A DNA stretch of 63,929 nucleotides, counting the filler, from an uncultured bacterium (GTDB lineage: Bacteria; DAOPZR01), in the NCBI GenBank assembly GCA_964637655.1. It is 5 parts of 5 records of this genome, joined end to end, with 100 filler letters (N's around TTAATTAATTAA, not from the genome) between each part and the next. Parts side by side here need not be neighbours in the genome. Positions count along the whole stretch, not along the records: positions 1 to 13,800 come from CAZWUZ010000073.1; 4 more parts are not named here. One strand, 5' to 3'. The translations under genes and the position numbers were made by a program. Below, piece after piece: positions 1 through 11,700 of the stretch (position 1 is its first letter; every line of letters starts with the position of its first letter). The notes beneath the pieces are model-generated. The model had not been told where the DNA came from. It did no database searches and was given only the letters and a program-made list of their open reading frames with translations.

Positions 1-405
1 TCGCACCACTGGTGTCGCCAGCAGGTACGCCGCAGTGACCGCCCAGGCGAGGGCCGGGTGCTGCAGGCGCGCCCGAGCGAGCTGCCACAACGGGACCGCC
101 CCGAGGGCAAGACACAGCACCTGCAGGCAGAGCACGGCACGAAAATCGCCGGACACCGCATAGAGGGCGGCCGGCACCACCAGCACCGGCGAAAAATGTA
201 TCCGCCAGAACGGCCAGCCCAGTATCGTCTCGGTAAGATCTCCGGCGTTCACCGCCCGCCAGTAGCGCTGCACCATCATCGCGAGGTCATGGTCGGCGGC
301 GAGGAACAGGTCGAAACGCTGCCACTGAACACTACTGCCGGCAACCACAAAACACGCAAGCAGCACCACCAACAGCACCCGGTCACGCCCCGTGATATGC
401 CCCAC
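1..405 (-). CDS. DUF2079-like membrane protein (GT-C-like), 3' truncated by window edge
   Basis: Not in ORF track; hand translation from GTG at 405 gives ...DHDLAMMVQRYW...WPFWRIHFSPVLVVPAALY...LCLQVLCLALGAVPLWQLAR..., the same pattern as the genes at 13011 and 58578. Confidence 0.7.
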   Translation of the reverse strand, partial: MGHITGRDRVLLVVLLACFVVAGSSVQWQRFDLFLAADHDLAMMVQRYWRAVNAGDLTETILGWPFWRIHFSPVLVVPAALYAVSGDFRAVLCLQVLCLALGAVPLWQLARARLQHPALAWAVTAAYLLATPVVR

Positions 406-412
406 AGGCGGC

Positions 413-1363
413 TTATTCCCCACGCACATACGGCACCAGCAGTTCGCCGACCTCGTGATGCACGGCAACCGACGGATGCGGATCGGCAGCGTTGACCATC
501 AGAGCAGCCGGATCGCGCCCGATCAGCAGCGGGGCGAGATCGAGCACCGGCACGCCGCGCGCGGCAAAAAACTCGCGCACCGGTTCGGTGATCACCCGGC
601 TGCGCTCCACCGCCGCGAGATGGGGGAAAATCACCACCGCGAGACGGCTCTGCTTTGCCTGCGCCCAGTCGATAATCGCCTGCAGTTCGGCCAGGTGACG
701 CGCGCGCAGGGCCGCATCCTGCCAGCAGGCGCGGGGCAGGTCCCAGTACAGTTCACAAAGATCAGTGTTAAGAAAACGGTAGAGCCGCCAGAAGACGAAG
801 TTGGCAAGATAGGAGTGCGCGACGAGCGGACGCAGCGACGGCGGCGGCGGCGGCAGCCGGTATTCATAACGGCCCGCCTCACGGGCCACGCCCATGATGT
901 CGTTGATGAAATAGCCGAGCACCAGCACATCGGGCGCACGTCCAAGCGTGTCGCTCACCGCATCGGCACAGGCCAGTTCCTCGCGACTATCGGTCCCGCA
1001 TTGCCCGAGATTGAAAACCGCCCAGTCCTCACCCAGGCGGGCGCCGAGCACGCTGGTAAACCGGTCGCGGTAATCCTTGATGCCGTGGCCGGCGACAAAC
1101 GAATCCCCGATAACAAACACCAGCTTGCGCCGCTGCCAGCCCGGGTGGTCAGTGTCGCGGAACCCCAGCGCGTTGAGCGGCTGCCAGTAACGGCTGAACC
1201 ACAGCTCGCTCGCCAGGGTGTAGCTCCACCCGTCGCTGACGGCACCGAACTGCCGGAAGCCGGTCTCCAGGCAAGCCAAAGTCAGGAGCAATGCTCCCAG
1301 CGCCAAGCCGAAGTTCTGCAGCCAGCGGTGGACGGAAAGTCGGCAGCGTATTGTCATGCCCAC
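413..1363 (-). CDS. SGNH/GDSL hydrolase family protein with N-terminal membrane anchor
   Basis: NALGFRD, IGDSFVAGHG (catalytic Ser block), GYFIND, DPHPS (DxH) motifs. Confidence 0.85.
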   Translation of the reverse strand: MGMTIRCRLSVHRWLQNFGLALGALLLTLACLETGFRQFGAVSDGWSYTLASELWFSRYWQPLNALGFRDTDHPGWQRRKLVFVIGDSFVAGHGIKDYRDRFTSVLGARLGEDWAVFNLGQCGTDSREELACADAVSDTLGRAPDVLVLGYFINDIMGVAREAGRYEYRLPPPPPSLRPLVAHSYLANFVFWRLYRFLNTDLCELYWDLPRACWQDAALRARHLAELQAIIDWAQAKQSRLAVVIFPHLAAVERSRVITEPVREFFAARGVPVLDLAPLLIGRDPAALMVNAADPHPSVAVHHEVGELLVPYVRGE

Positions 1364-2920
1364 TCAGCGACGCACAAATCCGAGCAGCCGGTACTCGACC
1401 AGGCCGGCAGTGCAGCCGTACCGCATACGCCAGCGCAGCAGCGGCAGGTAGCAGGCGCGGACCACCGCATAGGCGATTGCCAGCCGGCGGTTCAGCTGCC
1501 ACAACATCCCCGTCATGTTACCGCAGGTCACCGCCGCCAGCTGCACCAGATGGCGCCAGCGGTCCGTGGCCGGCGTGTCCCAGGGCATCGGAAAATCCTC
1601 TTCCGTGTCGAAATTCCCCCAGGCGCGCAGGCCGGCAGGGGGCACGAAACCACGGGCCAGCGCCTCTGCATACATGGCCGTGCCCGGGGTCGGGATGTAC
1701 TTGTTCGGGTAGAAGAAAAAGGCGCGCGGGTTGTCACGCTCCAACTGCTCGATAAAACGCAGCGTCGCTGCCAGTTCGACAGGTGTTTCGTCCGGAATTC
1801 CCGTCAGAAAATGATAGCCGACGCGCAGGCCGGGGATAGCCGCCAGACGGCGGTTGGCCGCCAGCGACTGCTCGACTGTGATCCCCTTCTCCATCCGCTC
1901 AAGGCAGGCCGGCGCCCCGCTTTCCACCCCTACATGCAATACATGCACCCCGGCGGCCTGCAGCAGCACGAAGTCATCGTCGGTCAGTGCCAGCACCTCG
2001 TTCACCCGCAGGCTGCGGAAACCGATCTCCGCCCGCAGACCGCGCCGCTGCACACCCGTGAGTATCGCCCGCAGATGTTCCGGACGGCAGCAGGGGTCAT
2101 CATCGTAGAGATAGAAGAACGTCGCCCCGTAGGTCGCCTGCAGGAACGCCATGTGTTCCACCACTTCCTCCGGCGGAACAGGGCGCCACTTGTCGGAAAA
2201 CGACCGGTAGCACGCCGGTGAAATGCAGAATCCGCACCGGTAAGGGCATCCGTAACTGCCGTACAGCGGAAAAATGGTGGTGCCGCCGTGCAGCATCGTG
2301 TAGCGCGGCAGGTCGTCGGCGATCAGGTCGTAGGGAATGTCGCGGAACGGAACATGTTCGTAATCCGCGAGGGGCGGATTGCACAGAATGCCGCCTGACA
2401 GGTCGCGGCTGACGAGACCGGTGACACCTGCGAACTCGGGGGACGGGCGAGTGAGTGCATCAGCCAGTTCCCGCAGTGCCCTCGCGCCGTAGCCGCAAAC
2501 GACAAAATCGACCAGCGGCTCTGCCAACACCTGCTCCGGAAGCATCGACGGGAACGTGCCACCCCAGACCACCGGCACCCCTGAACGAAGGCGCTTCGCC
2601 TCCGCGCTGATCTCCAGGGCGCTCAGGATCGGATGCCCGAGCATCACGGAAATCCCGACCAGGAGCGTATCGGGTCCCAGCCGTTCCGCCAGACGATCCC
2701 GCCAGTCCGCAACATGTAGTCGGCAATCGAGCAAATCGATAACATACCCGGCGCGGCGTGCTTCCGCGGCGGCATAGAGCAGGCTCAGCGGCGGATGGCG
2801 GACGTGATCGCCGGTAAATCCGTACACCGGCAGGACTAAGAGTATGCGGTTTTTTTCCGCCGGATGGGTGCCATTGTCCGCACCCTTTTCCACCACTATC
2901 ATGTGCCCCTCAAACCTCAC
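1364..2920 (-). CDS. B12-binding domain radical SAM protein
   Basis: PPLSLLY, VGISVM, VVWGGTFPS (cobalamin-binding domain); SYGCPYRCGFC (CxxxCxxC); GVESG. Confidence 0.9.
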   Translation of the reverse strand: MRFEGHMIVVEKGADNGTHPAEKNRILLVLPVYGFTGDHVRHPPLSLLYAAAEARRAGYVIDLLDCRLHVADWRDRLAERLGPDTLLVGISVMLGHPILSALEISAEAKRLRSGVPVVWGGTFPSMLPEQVLAEPLVDFVVCGYGARALRELADALTRPSPEFAGVTGLVSRDLSGGILCNPPLADYEHVPFRDIPYDLIADDLPRYTMLHGGTTIFPLYGSYGCPYRCGFCISPACYRSFSDKWRPVPPEEVVEHMAFLQATYGATFFYLYDDDPCCRPEHLRAILTGVQRRGLRAEIGFRSLRVNEVLALTDDDFVLLQAAGVHVLHVGVESGAPACLERMEKGITVEQSLAANRRLAAIPGLRVGYHFLTGIPDETPVELAATLRFIEQLERDNPRAFFFYPNKYIPTPGTAMYAEALARGFVPPAGLRAWGNFDTEEDFPMPWDTPATDRWRHLVQLAAVTCGNMTGMLWQLNRRLAIAYAVVRACYLPLLRWRMRYGCTAGLVEYRLLGFVRR

Positions 2921-3064
2921 CCCCCTAACATTAGCACATCATCTGCCAGTTACGCAAAACCCTAGGAAATCTATCATGCAGCATCTCAGGTCTCACAACC
3001 ACGATTTGACAGCATCCATACAACATTATAGGTTGACCGTGATCACGCGGACCAGAGGTGTTTT

Positions 3065-5128
3065 TTGCGCATACAGTTTGCGTTTTCTCAATGGAACGCT
3101 TGCGTCGCCATCAGTACTGTCTGTATAGCCGTGGTGTTGCTTTTTCCAGTACTCACCAATACGCACATCTTCCCGTTTCAGGGCGATGCCGCCTGCGAAT
3201 ATCCTTACGCCATCCACACCATCCGATCTCTCGTCTATGCCCATGATTTCCCTCTGTGGGATCCGTTCAGCAATTGCGGGCAACCGTTCTATTACAACCA
3301 TGCGTGGCTTGGAACATTCAATTTTCTGCGCTTGCTGACCGCTCGCCTCATCCCTTTTTTCCCCGGTACCGACCCCAGCAAAATCATCCTAGCCGTCACC
3401 ATTGCCGGTTTCGTCCTGCTCGTATGGGCGTTTTTTCATTTTGTCCGTCAATGGGTACCTTCTCATACGCTGACGCTGCTCGCCACCCTGCATTTTGGCG
3501 CTCTGTGCCGCGACCTGTTCAGGGGAACCGATCAGACATGGACTGCTTTCGGCATGTACCCGATATTCTACTGTTGGGAACGCTGGTTGCGCACGTGGCA
3601 ACGACGATACTTTTGGGGAGTCGCCGTGTCTGCCGGCATCTACGCCTCATTCGCCAATATTTGCATAACTGATTCTCTGTTCGTCATTATCGCGTATCTC
3701 TCCGTTCGTCTGCCGGCGTTGCTGCGTTTTCGCCTCGCCCCGAATCACGCGGCCGCGTTTGCCCGTTCCTGTTTTGGCGCGGTATTACTGCTACTCATAA
3801 TTATTTCGCCCAAAATACTTATCGCCTTAGATGCTTCCGGTAATGTCTGCCGTATACCAACCTCACTTGCCCATCACTCCCCAAATATTGCACGCGGCGG
3901 CATGCACAGCCTGCTCGAATACCTGACACTCGCCGCTCCCGAATGGCACAATGTCCTGTTAATATTTGTTCCGTTCGCGGCATTTGAGCGACGGAACCGC
4001 CCGCTGTTGCTGCTGCTGCTGCTGCTGCTGTATCCGAGTATATTTCCGTCCCAATATCTCGTCTTATGGGATTATTTCTTCCCGTTTTTTGCCAACAGCG
4101 GCCACGTGCCAGACCTCTCGATTTTTGAACGCAATTTTTTTCTGCTCATCACGATCCTCGGTGCTTGTGGCGCACAGGTAATAATCCGTTTCGGTGTCCC
4201 TCGCGGACGCGGCGCAGGGAATGCCCTGAGAATCTTCTGTTTCTGCCTCTGGAGCGCGCTCCTGTTTTCCGGAAAACCGGTCGCTGCGCTGTTGCCCGGA
4301 TTACTCTATCTTATCTTGCTGTGGCCAGCGCGCGAAGTCACCCCGCTGCGGCGCGCCTGGCCGATATGGATCGCGATTTTCGTTTCCGTTGCCTGGGCGT
4401 TTTGGTTTTTCCCCTACTCCGGATTCTCCCTGGCAACACATGTTTTTAAGCTGCGACTATCCGATTTCGTGCATAGAGGCGTCAGGGCACCATTGGCCGT
4501 TGATGCAGACATGCACGGTTCAACTCCGTTTGCCCGGCAATTGCTCGCACAGGAATTATCTGCTGGCGGGCAAAAGTGGCGAACCGCTGCTTATGATCGA
4601 CTGCTGCGTCTGTCCGGTTCCGACATGCACAATCTCGTCCGTACCGGACTTCCTGTCGCCTATCTTGCGAACAACGTGCTGCTGGCCGACAATGACACGG
4701 ACATGATTCATCTGATTGCAACAGCCCCTTCTGCAAACATCGCTGTTATTGTATCCTCAGACAGTCATCAGATACCGAAGTCCTTTGCTCTTCCTGCCAC
4801 CGGTTCATACGCAAACGTGATCGCATTTGCCCCCCACGGCGTTGACTTAGAGGTTTACAGCACGTGTCCCGCATTGTTGGTTTATGCCGACAGTTATGAC
4901 CCGCGCTGGAGCGCGACTCGCGGCTTCCAACCCGCGTCAATCCTTCGTGTCAACGGTTTATTCAAAGGTATTGTCGTCCCGGCAGGAAGCACACGAGTGA
5001 CCATGCGTTATCGCTACCCCTTGCTCACTTATCTGCTTTGGGTCTCCACCTACCTCCAGCTTATATTCGTCCCGTTTCTAATCTTCCTCCCTGCATGGCA
5101 GCGACCGGCAGACCGGCAGCACCCATGA
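3065..5128 (+). CDS. YfhO-like polytopic membrane protein (GT-C-like)
   Basis: FPLWDPFSNCGQPF N-terminal motif, many TM segments, C-terminal LVYADSYDPRW...RVNGLFKGIVVPAG; start uncertain. Confidence 0.75.
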   Translation: MRIQFAFSQWNACVAISTVCIAVVLLFPVLTNTHIFPFQGDAACEYPYAIHTIRSLVYAHDFPLWDPFSNCGQPFYYNHAWLGTFNFLRLLTARLIPFFPGTDPSKIILAVTIAGFVLLVWAFFHFVRQWVPSHTLTLLATLHFGALCRDLFRGTDQTWTAFGMYPIFYCWERWLRTWQRRYFWGVAVSAGIYASFANICITDSLFVIIAYLSVRLPALLRFRLAPNHAAAFARSCFGAVLLLLIIISPKILIALDASGNVCRIPTSLAHHSPNIARGGMHSLLEYLTLAAPEWHNVLLIFVPFAAFERRNRPLLLLLLLLLYPSIFPSQYLVLWDYFFPFFANSGHVPDLSIFERNFFLLITILGACGAQVIIRFGVPRGRGAGNALRIFCFCLWSALLFSGKPVAALLPGLLYLILLWPAREVTPLRRAWPIWIAIFVSVAWAFWFFPYSGFSLATHVFKLRLSDFVHRGVRAPLAVDADMHGSTPFARQLLAQELSAGGQKWRTAAYDRLLRLSGSDMHNLVRTGLPVAYLANNVLLADNDTDMIHLIATAPSANIAVIVSSDSHQIPKSFALPATGSYANVIAFAPHGVDLEVYSTCPALLVYADSYDPRWSATRGFQPASILRVNGLFKGIVVPAGSTRVTMRYRYPLLTYLLWVSTYLQLIFVPFLIFLPAWQRPADRQHP

Positions 5129-6564
5129 ACATCCTCCTGATCAACCTGCCCAACCGGCAGCATGCCGAGGACTACACCACACCGAACCATTATTGGGAAC
5201 ATTTCATCCGCTATCCGCCCCTCGGCCTGATGGCGCTCGTCCCCGCCCTCGACCGCAGCCATCAGGCAGACATCCTCGATCTTGCCGTCCGCCAGACAAC
5301 GCTCGAGGAAGCAATCACCCTGATTGCGGCGCGCCGGCCGGACGTGCTCGGTATCTCGGTCATGACGCGGTTCCTGTACCCGCTGGTGACGATTGCCCGC
5401 GGCGTGCGCGCCCGCTTGCCGCACGTCCGCATCGTCGTCGGCGGTCCGCATGCTACCCGTTTCCCCCGGGAAACGCTCGCACTGCGGGTCGCCGATTATG
5501 TGCTCCCGGGCTATGCGGAATTCACCTTCAGTGCCCTGGTGCAGGTGCTTTCCCGGGGAGGCGACGATACCGCCCTCACCGGCATTCACGGCCTGCACTG
5601 GCACGATGCGCACGGCATGCCGCGGCATAACGCTGCCGCCGCCGTCCCGACTGTCCTCGACGAGCTGCCGTTCCCCGACCGTACCCTGCTTGACCCTCGC
5701 GATTACTACACCGCCGCCGAACGCTCGCACACGACGACCGTCTATTCCTCGCGCGGCTGTCCGTTCCACTGCATCTTCTGCGACGTCGTTGATAAACAGT
5801 TCCGCTTCCGTTCTCCGGCAAACCTGGTCGACGAATTCAGCGCCATCGTTGCCCGGGGAATCCGCTCCATCTTCGTTTTTGACGATACGTTCAACCTCGA
5901 CCGCGAACGCGTACTCGCTATCTGCCGCGAAATCCGCCGGCGACAGCTTTCTTTACGCTGGTCCGTACGCTGCCGTATCGCCCCCTTCGACCGTGAAATG
6001 GCGCAGGCGCTGGCCGGGGCGGGCTGTTTCCGTCTGCATGTCGGTGTGGAAACCCTCGATGCGCAGCTGCTGCGGCAGATTCGCAAGGGCATTACCCGCG
6101 AACAGATCGAATCCTTCTTCCGGCTCTGCCGGGAATTCCGCCTGGAAACCATGGCCTATTTTGTCGTCGGCCTGCCCGGTGAAACTGCGGAATACCGCCG
6201 GCATCTGCGTGACGAAATCCGCCGGCTTGACCCCACCTACTTCTTCATTAACGTGCTTTTCCCGCAGCCGGAAACCGCCTATTACCGGTCGTTGCTCGCC
6301 GACGGCACGTATACCCGTGACCACTGGGCGGCATTCATCGCCAGTCCGGTTCCCAACTTCCGTCTGCCGCTGCCGCGTTCGCCTGACGAACACGCGGAAC
6401 TGATGCGCCTCGCGGAAGAGCTGACCAGCCGGCACTACCTCTCCCCGCGTTTCATACTCCGCGAGCTGTGCCGTGACTGGCGCAGCCCCCGGGCGATTAT
6501 TTTCAAAGCACGCCTGGCACTGCTGCTCTGCCGCATCCGGCTGCTTCCGCGGAAGCGCCGATGA
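5125..6564 (+). CDS. B12-binding domain radical SAM protein
   Basis: Start MNILLIN overlapping upstream stop (ATGA); YPPLGL, VVGGPHAT, SSRGCPFHCIFC, DDTFN, GVET. Confidence 0.9.
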   Translation: MNILLINLPNRQHAEDYTTPNHYWEHFIRYPPLGLMALVPALDRSHQADILDLAVRQTTLEEAITLIAARRPDVLGISVMTRFLYPLVTIARGVRARLPHVRIVVGGPHATRFPRETLALRVADYVLPGYAEFTFSALVQVLSRGGDDTALTGIHGLHWHDAHGMPRHNAAAAVPTVLDELPFPDRTLLDPRDYYTAAERSHTTTVYSSRGCPFHCIFCDVVDKQFRFRSPANLVDEFSAIVARGIRSIFVFDDTFNLDRERVLAICREIRRRQLSLRWSVRCRIAPFDREMAQALAGAGCFRLHVGVETLDAQLLRQIRKGITREQIESFFRLCREFRLETMAYFVVGLPGETAEYRRHLRDEIRRLDPTYFFINVLFPQPETAYYRSLLADGTYTRDHWAAFIASPVPNFRLPLPRSPDEHAELMRLAEELTSRHYLSPRFILRELCRDWRSPRAIIFKARLALLLCRIRLLPRKRR

Positions 6565-8725
6565 CCGCCCGGGTGCGACAGTTCCGGCGCTGGGCGGGCA
6601 TCAGCGGCACCCTGCTGCTACTCGCCTGGTTTGCCCCCTGCCTTAGCGGGGCTACCCTGGGCGGTAATTTCGACCTGCGCACACACATCCTCCCTCTGCA
6701 ATTCATCATCAGCACTGCCTGGCGCGATGGCGAACTGCCGCAATGGAATCCTTACATTTTCTGCGGTGCGCCACTGAACCGCAGCGCCGCCTTTACTGCA
6801 TGGTATCCCCCCCATTTGTGCTATGCTCTCGTCACGCCGGCAGCCGTACCGGTTACAGCCACCGCGCTGCTTGCTGCACACGCTGCCGCCGCCGTGGCCG
6901 CCGCGTTCTGGTACTTTTACGGCTGCTTACGCCTGGGCCGTGCCGCATTCTTCGCCGCCACCGCATACCTGCTGTCGCTCCCCCTTGCCATCTCACTAGC
7001 CACAGGCACGAACAATTTTCTGCCGTTCGTCATCCTGCCGCTGTTGCTCGGTATCGTCCGCCGGTGGGGTCAGCGGGGCTACACGCAACCAGCCATCGGT
7101 ATCGCAACGGCGTTATTCTGGGCACTATGGCTGGGCAGCCATCCGCCAATGGCTGCGTACGTGACGGTTGCTGTCGTGCTCACGACGGCTATTCAGCGGC
7201 ACCCGCTGGTGTCGCTTCGTCGCCTGCTGCTGGCACTTGTCTGTGCGATCGGGTTGGGGGCCTTTCATATCCTGCCATTCATTGCCGGCATGGTGGATGC
7301 AGGCGGGCAGACCGGCGACACCACCGGCTGGTGGGCACAATACCAGACTGCCCCCCGGAACTGCTCCGCCTCTTCCTTCCCGACCTGTTTGGGCGCAGTG
7401 AGGACGCGTACGGCGGCAGCGAAACACCCGCTGAATCATTTCCCGTCTATGCCGGTCTCTTTCCGGCGTTGCTGGCCCTGTACGGACTGCTCTTCCTCCG
7501 CGGCCGACATCTGCTGCCCGCCCAGCTTGGCCTGCTTCTCATACCCCTGGTTGTGTGCAACACTCCGGCCATCTGGCTGCACCGGCTGCTGCTGGGCAAC
7601 ATACCCCTGCAGTACAGCCGACTCGCCTTTCTGCTGCCACTGCCACTCGCCCTGCTGGCGGCACACACCGCCGCGCATCTTGCCCGGCAACCGCGGCGCT
7701 GGCTGGCCTTTCTCCTGTTTGCGTTCGCCGTCGCGTTTCTGCTGGCAGCTGCCGCCGGATCGCTGCCGCTTGCCGATGGCAGCATGCGCCCGCTCGGACG
7801 TACGGTCGCACTGCGACACGCATTGACCGTGCTGCTCGCCGGTGTTCCTTGTCTGCTGCTGCTCGCCGGCGGTTCGCGTCAGCGACGGGGGTTGGCTTTC
7901 GCGTTGCTGGTCATTATTACCGTCGGCGATTGCTGGACTGCAGTTGCACCACATGCACATCCGGGCTGGCCGTTCCTGATCCCGCCGGAACGGGTTTGGC
8001 CCGCCCCTTCCGGCATACCAGCCGCGGCCGGCGCCGTGCCGCACACCGGACGCGTATTGCCGGAGCGCCCCGAATTGTTCGGGGCGCAGGTGGCAGTCCA
8101 TGGGTTGTTCAGCAGCACCGGGTACGACAATTTCGTTCCGCCACGTATCGGCGCCCTGTATGCCTGGCCACACGGGTACTCGCGCGCGGCCGGGCGCAGC
8201 CTCACCCCGCGCTCCCTGCGGGCACAACAACTTGCCGCTACCGCCTGGCATTTGCTCCCCGACGGAATGGCGCCGGTACCCGGCAGTCTGCCGCGCCTTG
8301 CCGGTTTCCGTGACGTACTGGTCGTGCCCGACGACCGCCAGGCGTTGTCGCTGCTCATGGCAGACACCTTCCCCTACCAGCGCCTGGTGGTACTCGCGGA
8401 ACCACCTGCTCACCCGCTAACCGCCACCCGCTGGTCGACCAGACTGACGGCAGAAAGCAGCAACCGCGTCACCTGTCAGAGCGAAAGCAACGGGTTCTTC
8501 CTGTTGCTGCTGAACGATACGTTGGCTCCCGGATGGGAAGTGCTGATTGACGAGAGTGACGCGCTCCTGCTCCGCGCCAATACCGCTTTCCGCGCTTGTA
8601 CGGTGCCACCGGGACGGCATATCATCACCTTCGTCTATCATGCCCCCGGCCTGCGCGCCGGCAGTCTCATCACCGTCGCCACCTGCCTCGGTCTGCTGTT
8701 CTGGTTGTGCCGGAACCGCCGCTAA
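6561..8725 (+). pseudogene. YfhO-like membrane protein split by a 1-nt frameshift (real or assembly error)
   Basis: N-half (LPQWNPYIFCGAP) in the frame from 6561; C-half (PELLRLFLPDLFG...LLNDTLAPGW...RANTAFRACTVPPGRH) in the frame of ORF 6743-8725; switch at C6 run 7351-7356. Confidence 0.75.
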
Positions 8726-11700
8726 CTACTGTCCCTCCGGGATGCCGAACGTTCCCGTAACCCGGTAGATCTCCCCTGTTTCCACGGCCATGGACATGCC
8801 GATGTCCCCGGCAAGACAACGGCCAAAATGCAGCGCATACGCGCCGGTGCTAATCGCTCCGCGTTGCACAACGTCGAAAGACGGCCGGCAGTATTCGAGT
8901 GCTCCCTGGCGCGGGCGCGGGTTCCAGTCGCCACCGGCACAGACAGCCGTACCGCGCCACGCCCGCAACCCGGTCCCAAACCCCACCGGATGCTCGCCTC
9001 CGGCAACCAGCCAGACCGTCCGCACCAACACCCCTTCCTTCGGCGGATCGGATACCAACCCGGCAATGATGGTCTCGTCGTCAAGCTCCACCGGAGTGAA
9101 TCCCGGGAGGCAGCCGCGCGGTACATCACCGGCAAGGAGCATTGCCCATCCGTCAGCACCGGCGGCGCGCAGCAGTCGTACCTGTTCGTCAACCGGTTCT
9201 CCCCGGCTGCGCCGCCAACGACCGAAATCCCACTGGTAGCGCGGAGTCGCTATAGTCGCTGCCGCGGCGGACGCGAACAGGGCACGCGCCTCATCATCAC
9301 GGCCGGCGGCAGTCAGGGCCTGCACCAGCGGCCATCGCAGCGCAGTCTCTGCCGGCGGACCTGCACGCAGCAGCGCGAGGGCTTCTGCCGGACGATGGCG
9401 ACGCAGCAATACCGTCGCGATGCCGCCGCGAAATCCGGGAGACACGGCAGCGGCGGTGTTCAGCCATGCCTGCCAATAGTCGCCGGCCAAACCAAGGCGG
9501 GCCGGCCGTTCCCACAGCCAGGCGGGAGCCGTGGCGGTATCCTGCACCGCGCATTCGTCCAGGCAGGCAGCGGTGGCCGCCGCCGCGATCGGGCTGCCCG
9601 ACAGGCTCAGCTTAAGCAACGCCTGCCGCACCGGTCGTTCACCGGTGAACACTGCCGTCAGCAACGGCAGAACCCCGAGATCGATCTGCGGTGACTGCAT
9701 GGCCCGTCGGTACCGCTGTTGCCACGCTGCGTGTCTGCCCCTGTCCTGTTCCCACAGATACAGTTGTGCGTCAACCGCAGCACGCAGAGCTGCACGCTGC
9801 TCCGCCGCCATCGGCAGATGCTCCAACCGCGGCAACCACGCAGCAAGTGCGGCGGCACTCCGCACGACAAAAGTGTCAACCGGTTCCGTACGCGGCGCCG
9901 CCAGGACCCCCGTGCCAAGGGGATAGCGCGCCTCCGGCCGCAGGTCCTGCTCTCCTGTCGCAGCATGGCAGCGCAATACCTGCGCGGTGATTGCTTGCTG
10001 TTCCCATTCTGCAGCCGCTGCCGGGGCCGGCAGCTTCAGTCGCAGGGTTTCCCCTGCCATCAGGCGCTGCCGATGCCATTCACCGGCGCGTTCGCTACCA
10101 TCAGCCAGAAGCGCCGCCAAGCTGCAGTCCAGTTCTGTTCCGTCGGGAAATATGCTTGTCAACCAAACCTGCCGGGCAACGGTGTCTGGCGGAGGCGGCA
10201 TGCCGGCGGCAACCCAGCGAGGGTCGCTGTCGGAAATCTTCTGCAGGGAAACACCCAAAATCCGTTCGGCATGCCGACACTGTTCCTGCAGCAGCGCGGA
10301 CCGGGCCGCGACCGGTACCCGGGCAACTCGGGCCAGTGCGCCGAGGTGCAACGGTTGACGTGCAAGCAACGCCTCATACCGCGCCAAAGCAGTCATGCTG
10401 TTGCCGCTGAGTTCAGCGCTACGTCCGGCGAGATAAATGGCCGTTGTCACCGTTGACGGGTTGCCGGCAAAGAAGCGGGCGGACGCTTCGAGCATACCAA
10501 CATCACCCGCCATCAGTCCCAGCCAGCCGATTCGGCTCCAGATTGTTTCCTGCGCTACTCCGAGCGAGCCGGCCATCTGCTGATAGATAATCCGCGCCTG
10601 CTGATACTGGCGGGCTGACGCCAGCATGTCGCCGACCGGCACCGCCACCTGCCGACCGAACTCCGGTTTCCCCATGACCAGGTTAACAAAACGTTCTATC
10701 TGCTGGCGTGCCGCTGGGGTAAATCCTTCCCGCGATAGTTGCGGCATGAGGGCACGTAGCTGCGCATACGCGGCTGCCAATTCGCCTTCGGTCAGAAAAT
10801 GTTCTGTGAGCGCCAGGCGTGGTCGCAACAGTTCCGGCTGACGGTCGACCGCACGCTGATAATCGTTGACTGCAACGTCAGGCAGCCCGAGCTGCTTCCA
10901 GGCTTCACCCCGCATCATCACCACCCGTTCCGCATGGGGGCCACCCACCGCCCCGTCAAGCACCTCAAGCACCCCCCGCGGCAGGCCGGCGCCGGCACAC
11001 AATTCAGCCCGCACTGTCGGCAATCGGTCATCATGCGGATACAGTGTGGCGTACCGGTCGAGGCAGGCCAGTCCCCGCCAGACCTCACCCTGTCGCGCCA
11101 GGAGACGGGCAAGCAGTAGGGCACCGTCCTGGTAGTCCGCCACCGCCGGCAAGGTCATCTGGACCTGCACCATAACACTGTCCTGCCCAAGATCCTGATA
11201 GAGCAATGTCTTGTACTGAATATGCAGGTTCTGCGGATCGAAACGTGCGGCACGGGCGATAGCCTGCTGCGCCTGCGGTAGCTGGCTGACAAGCAAGTGA
11301 TCAACTTCCGCCTTCATTTCCTGATTGCCGCGCAACCAAACCAGCCCCTGCAGCATCACCACTGCCGCAATGACGCCACACCACAACACGTGCATCCGTG
11401 ACCGCACTGGCGGCGACGACGGCTGCGGACGCACCAGCGCCGCCGCAAGGATGAATAGCAGTGGCACCGCGGTCGATTCGTAGCGCAGTTTGGTTTCGAA
11501 AAGCCCATGAACGGCAGCCCCGGTCGCTGCAGTCAGCGCCGCCAGAACCGGCAGCCTATACGCGCCGGTGCACCCTCGCCACAGCGCCAGCAACCACGGG
11601 GCTACCAACACTGCTGTCAGGCCGCTGCCTACCGCTCCGGTTTCCGCCCACCATTCCAGTAATTCACTATGCGCATGCTCAATGACATATACTGGACGCG

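Noticed and set aside
4004-4030. CTG run as a contingency locus
   Set aside because: In-frame poly-Leu within a TM helix; length change would not switch the gene
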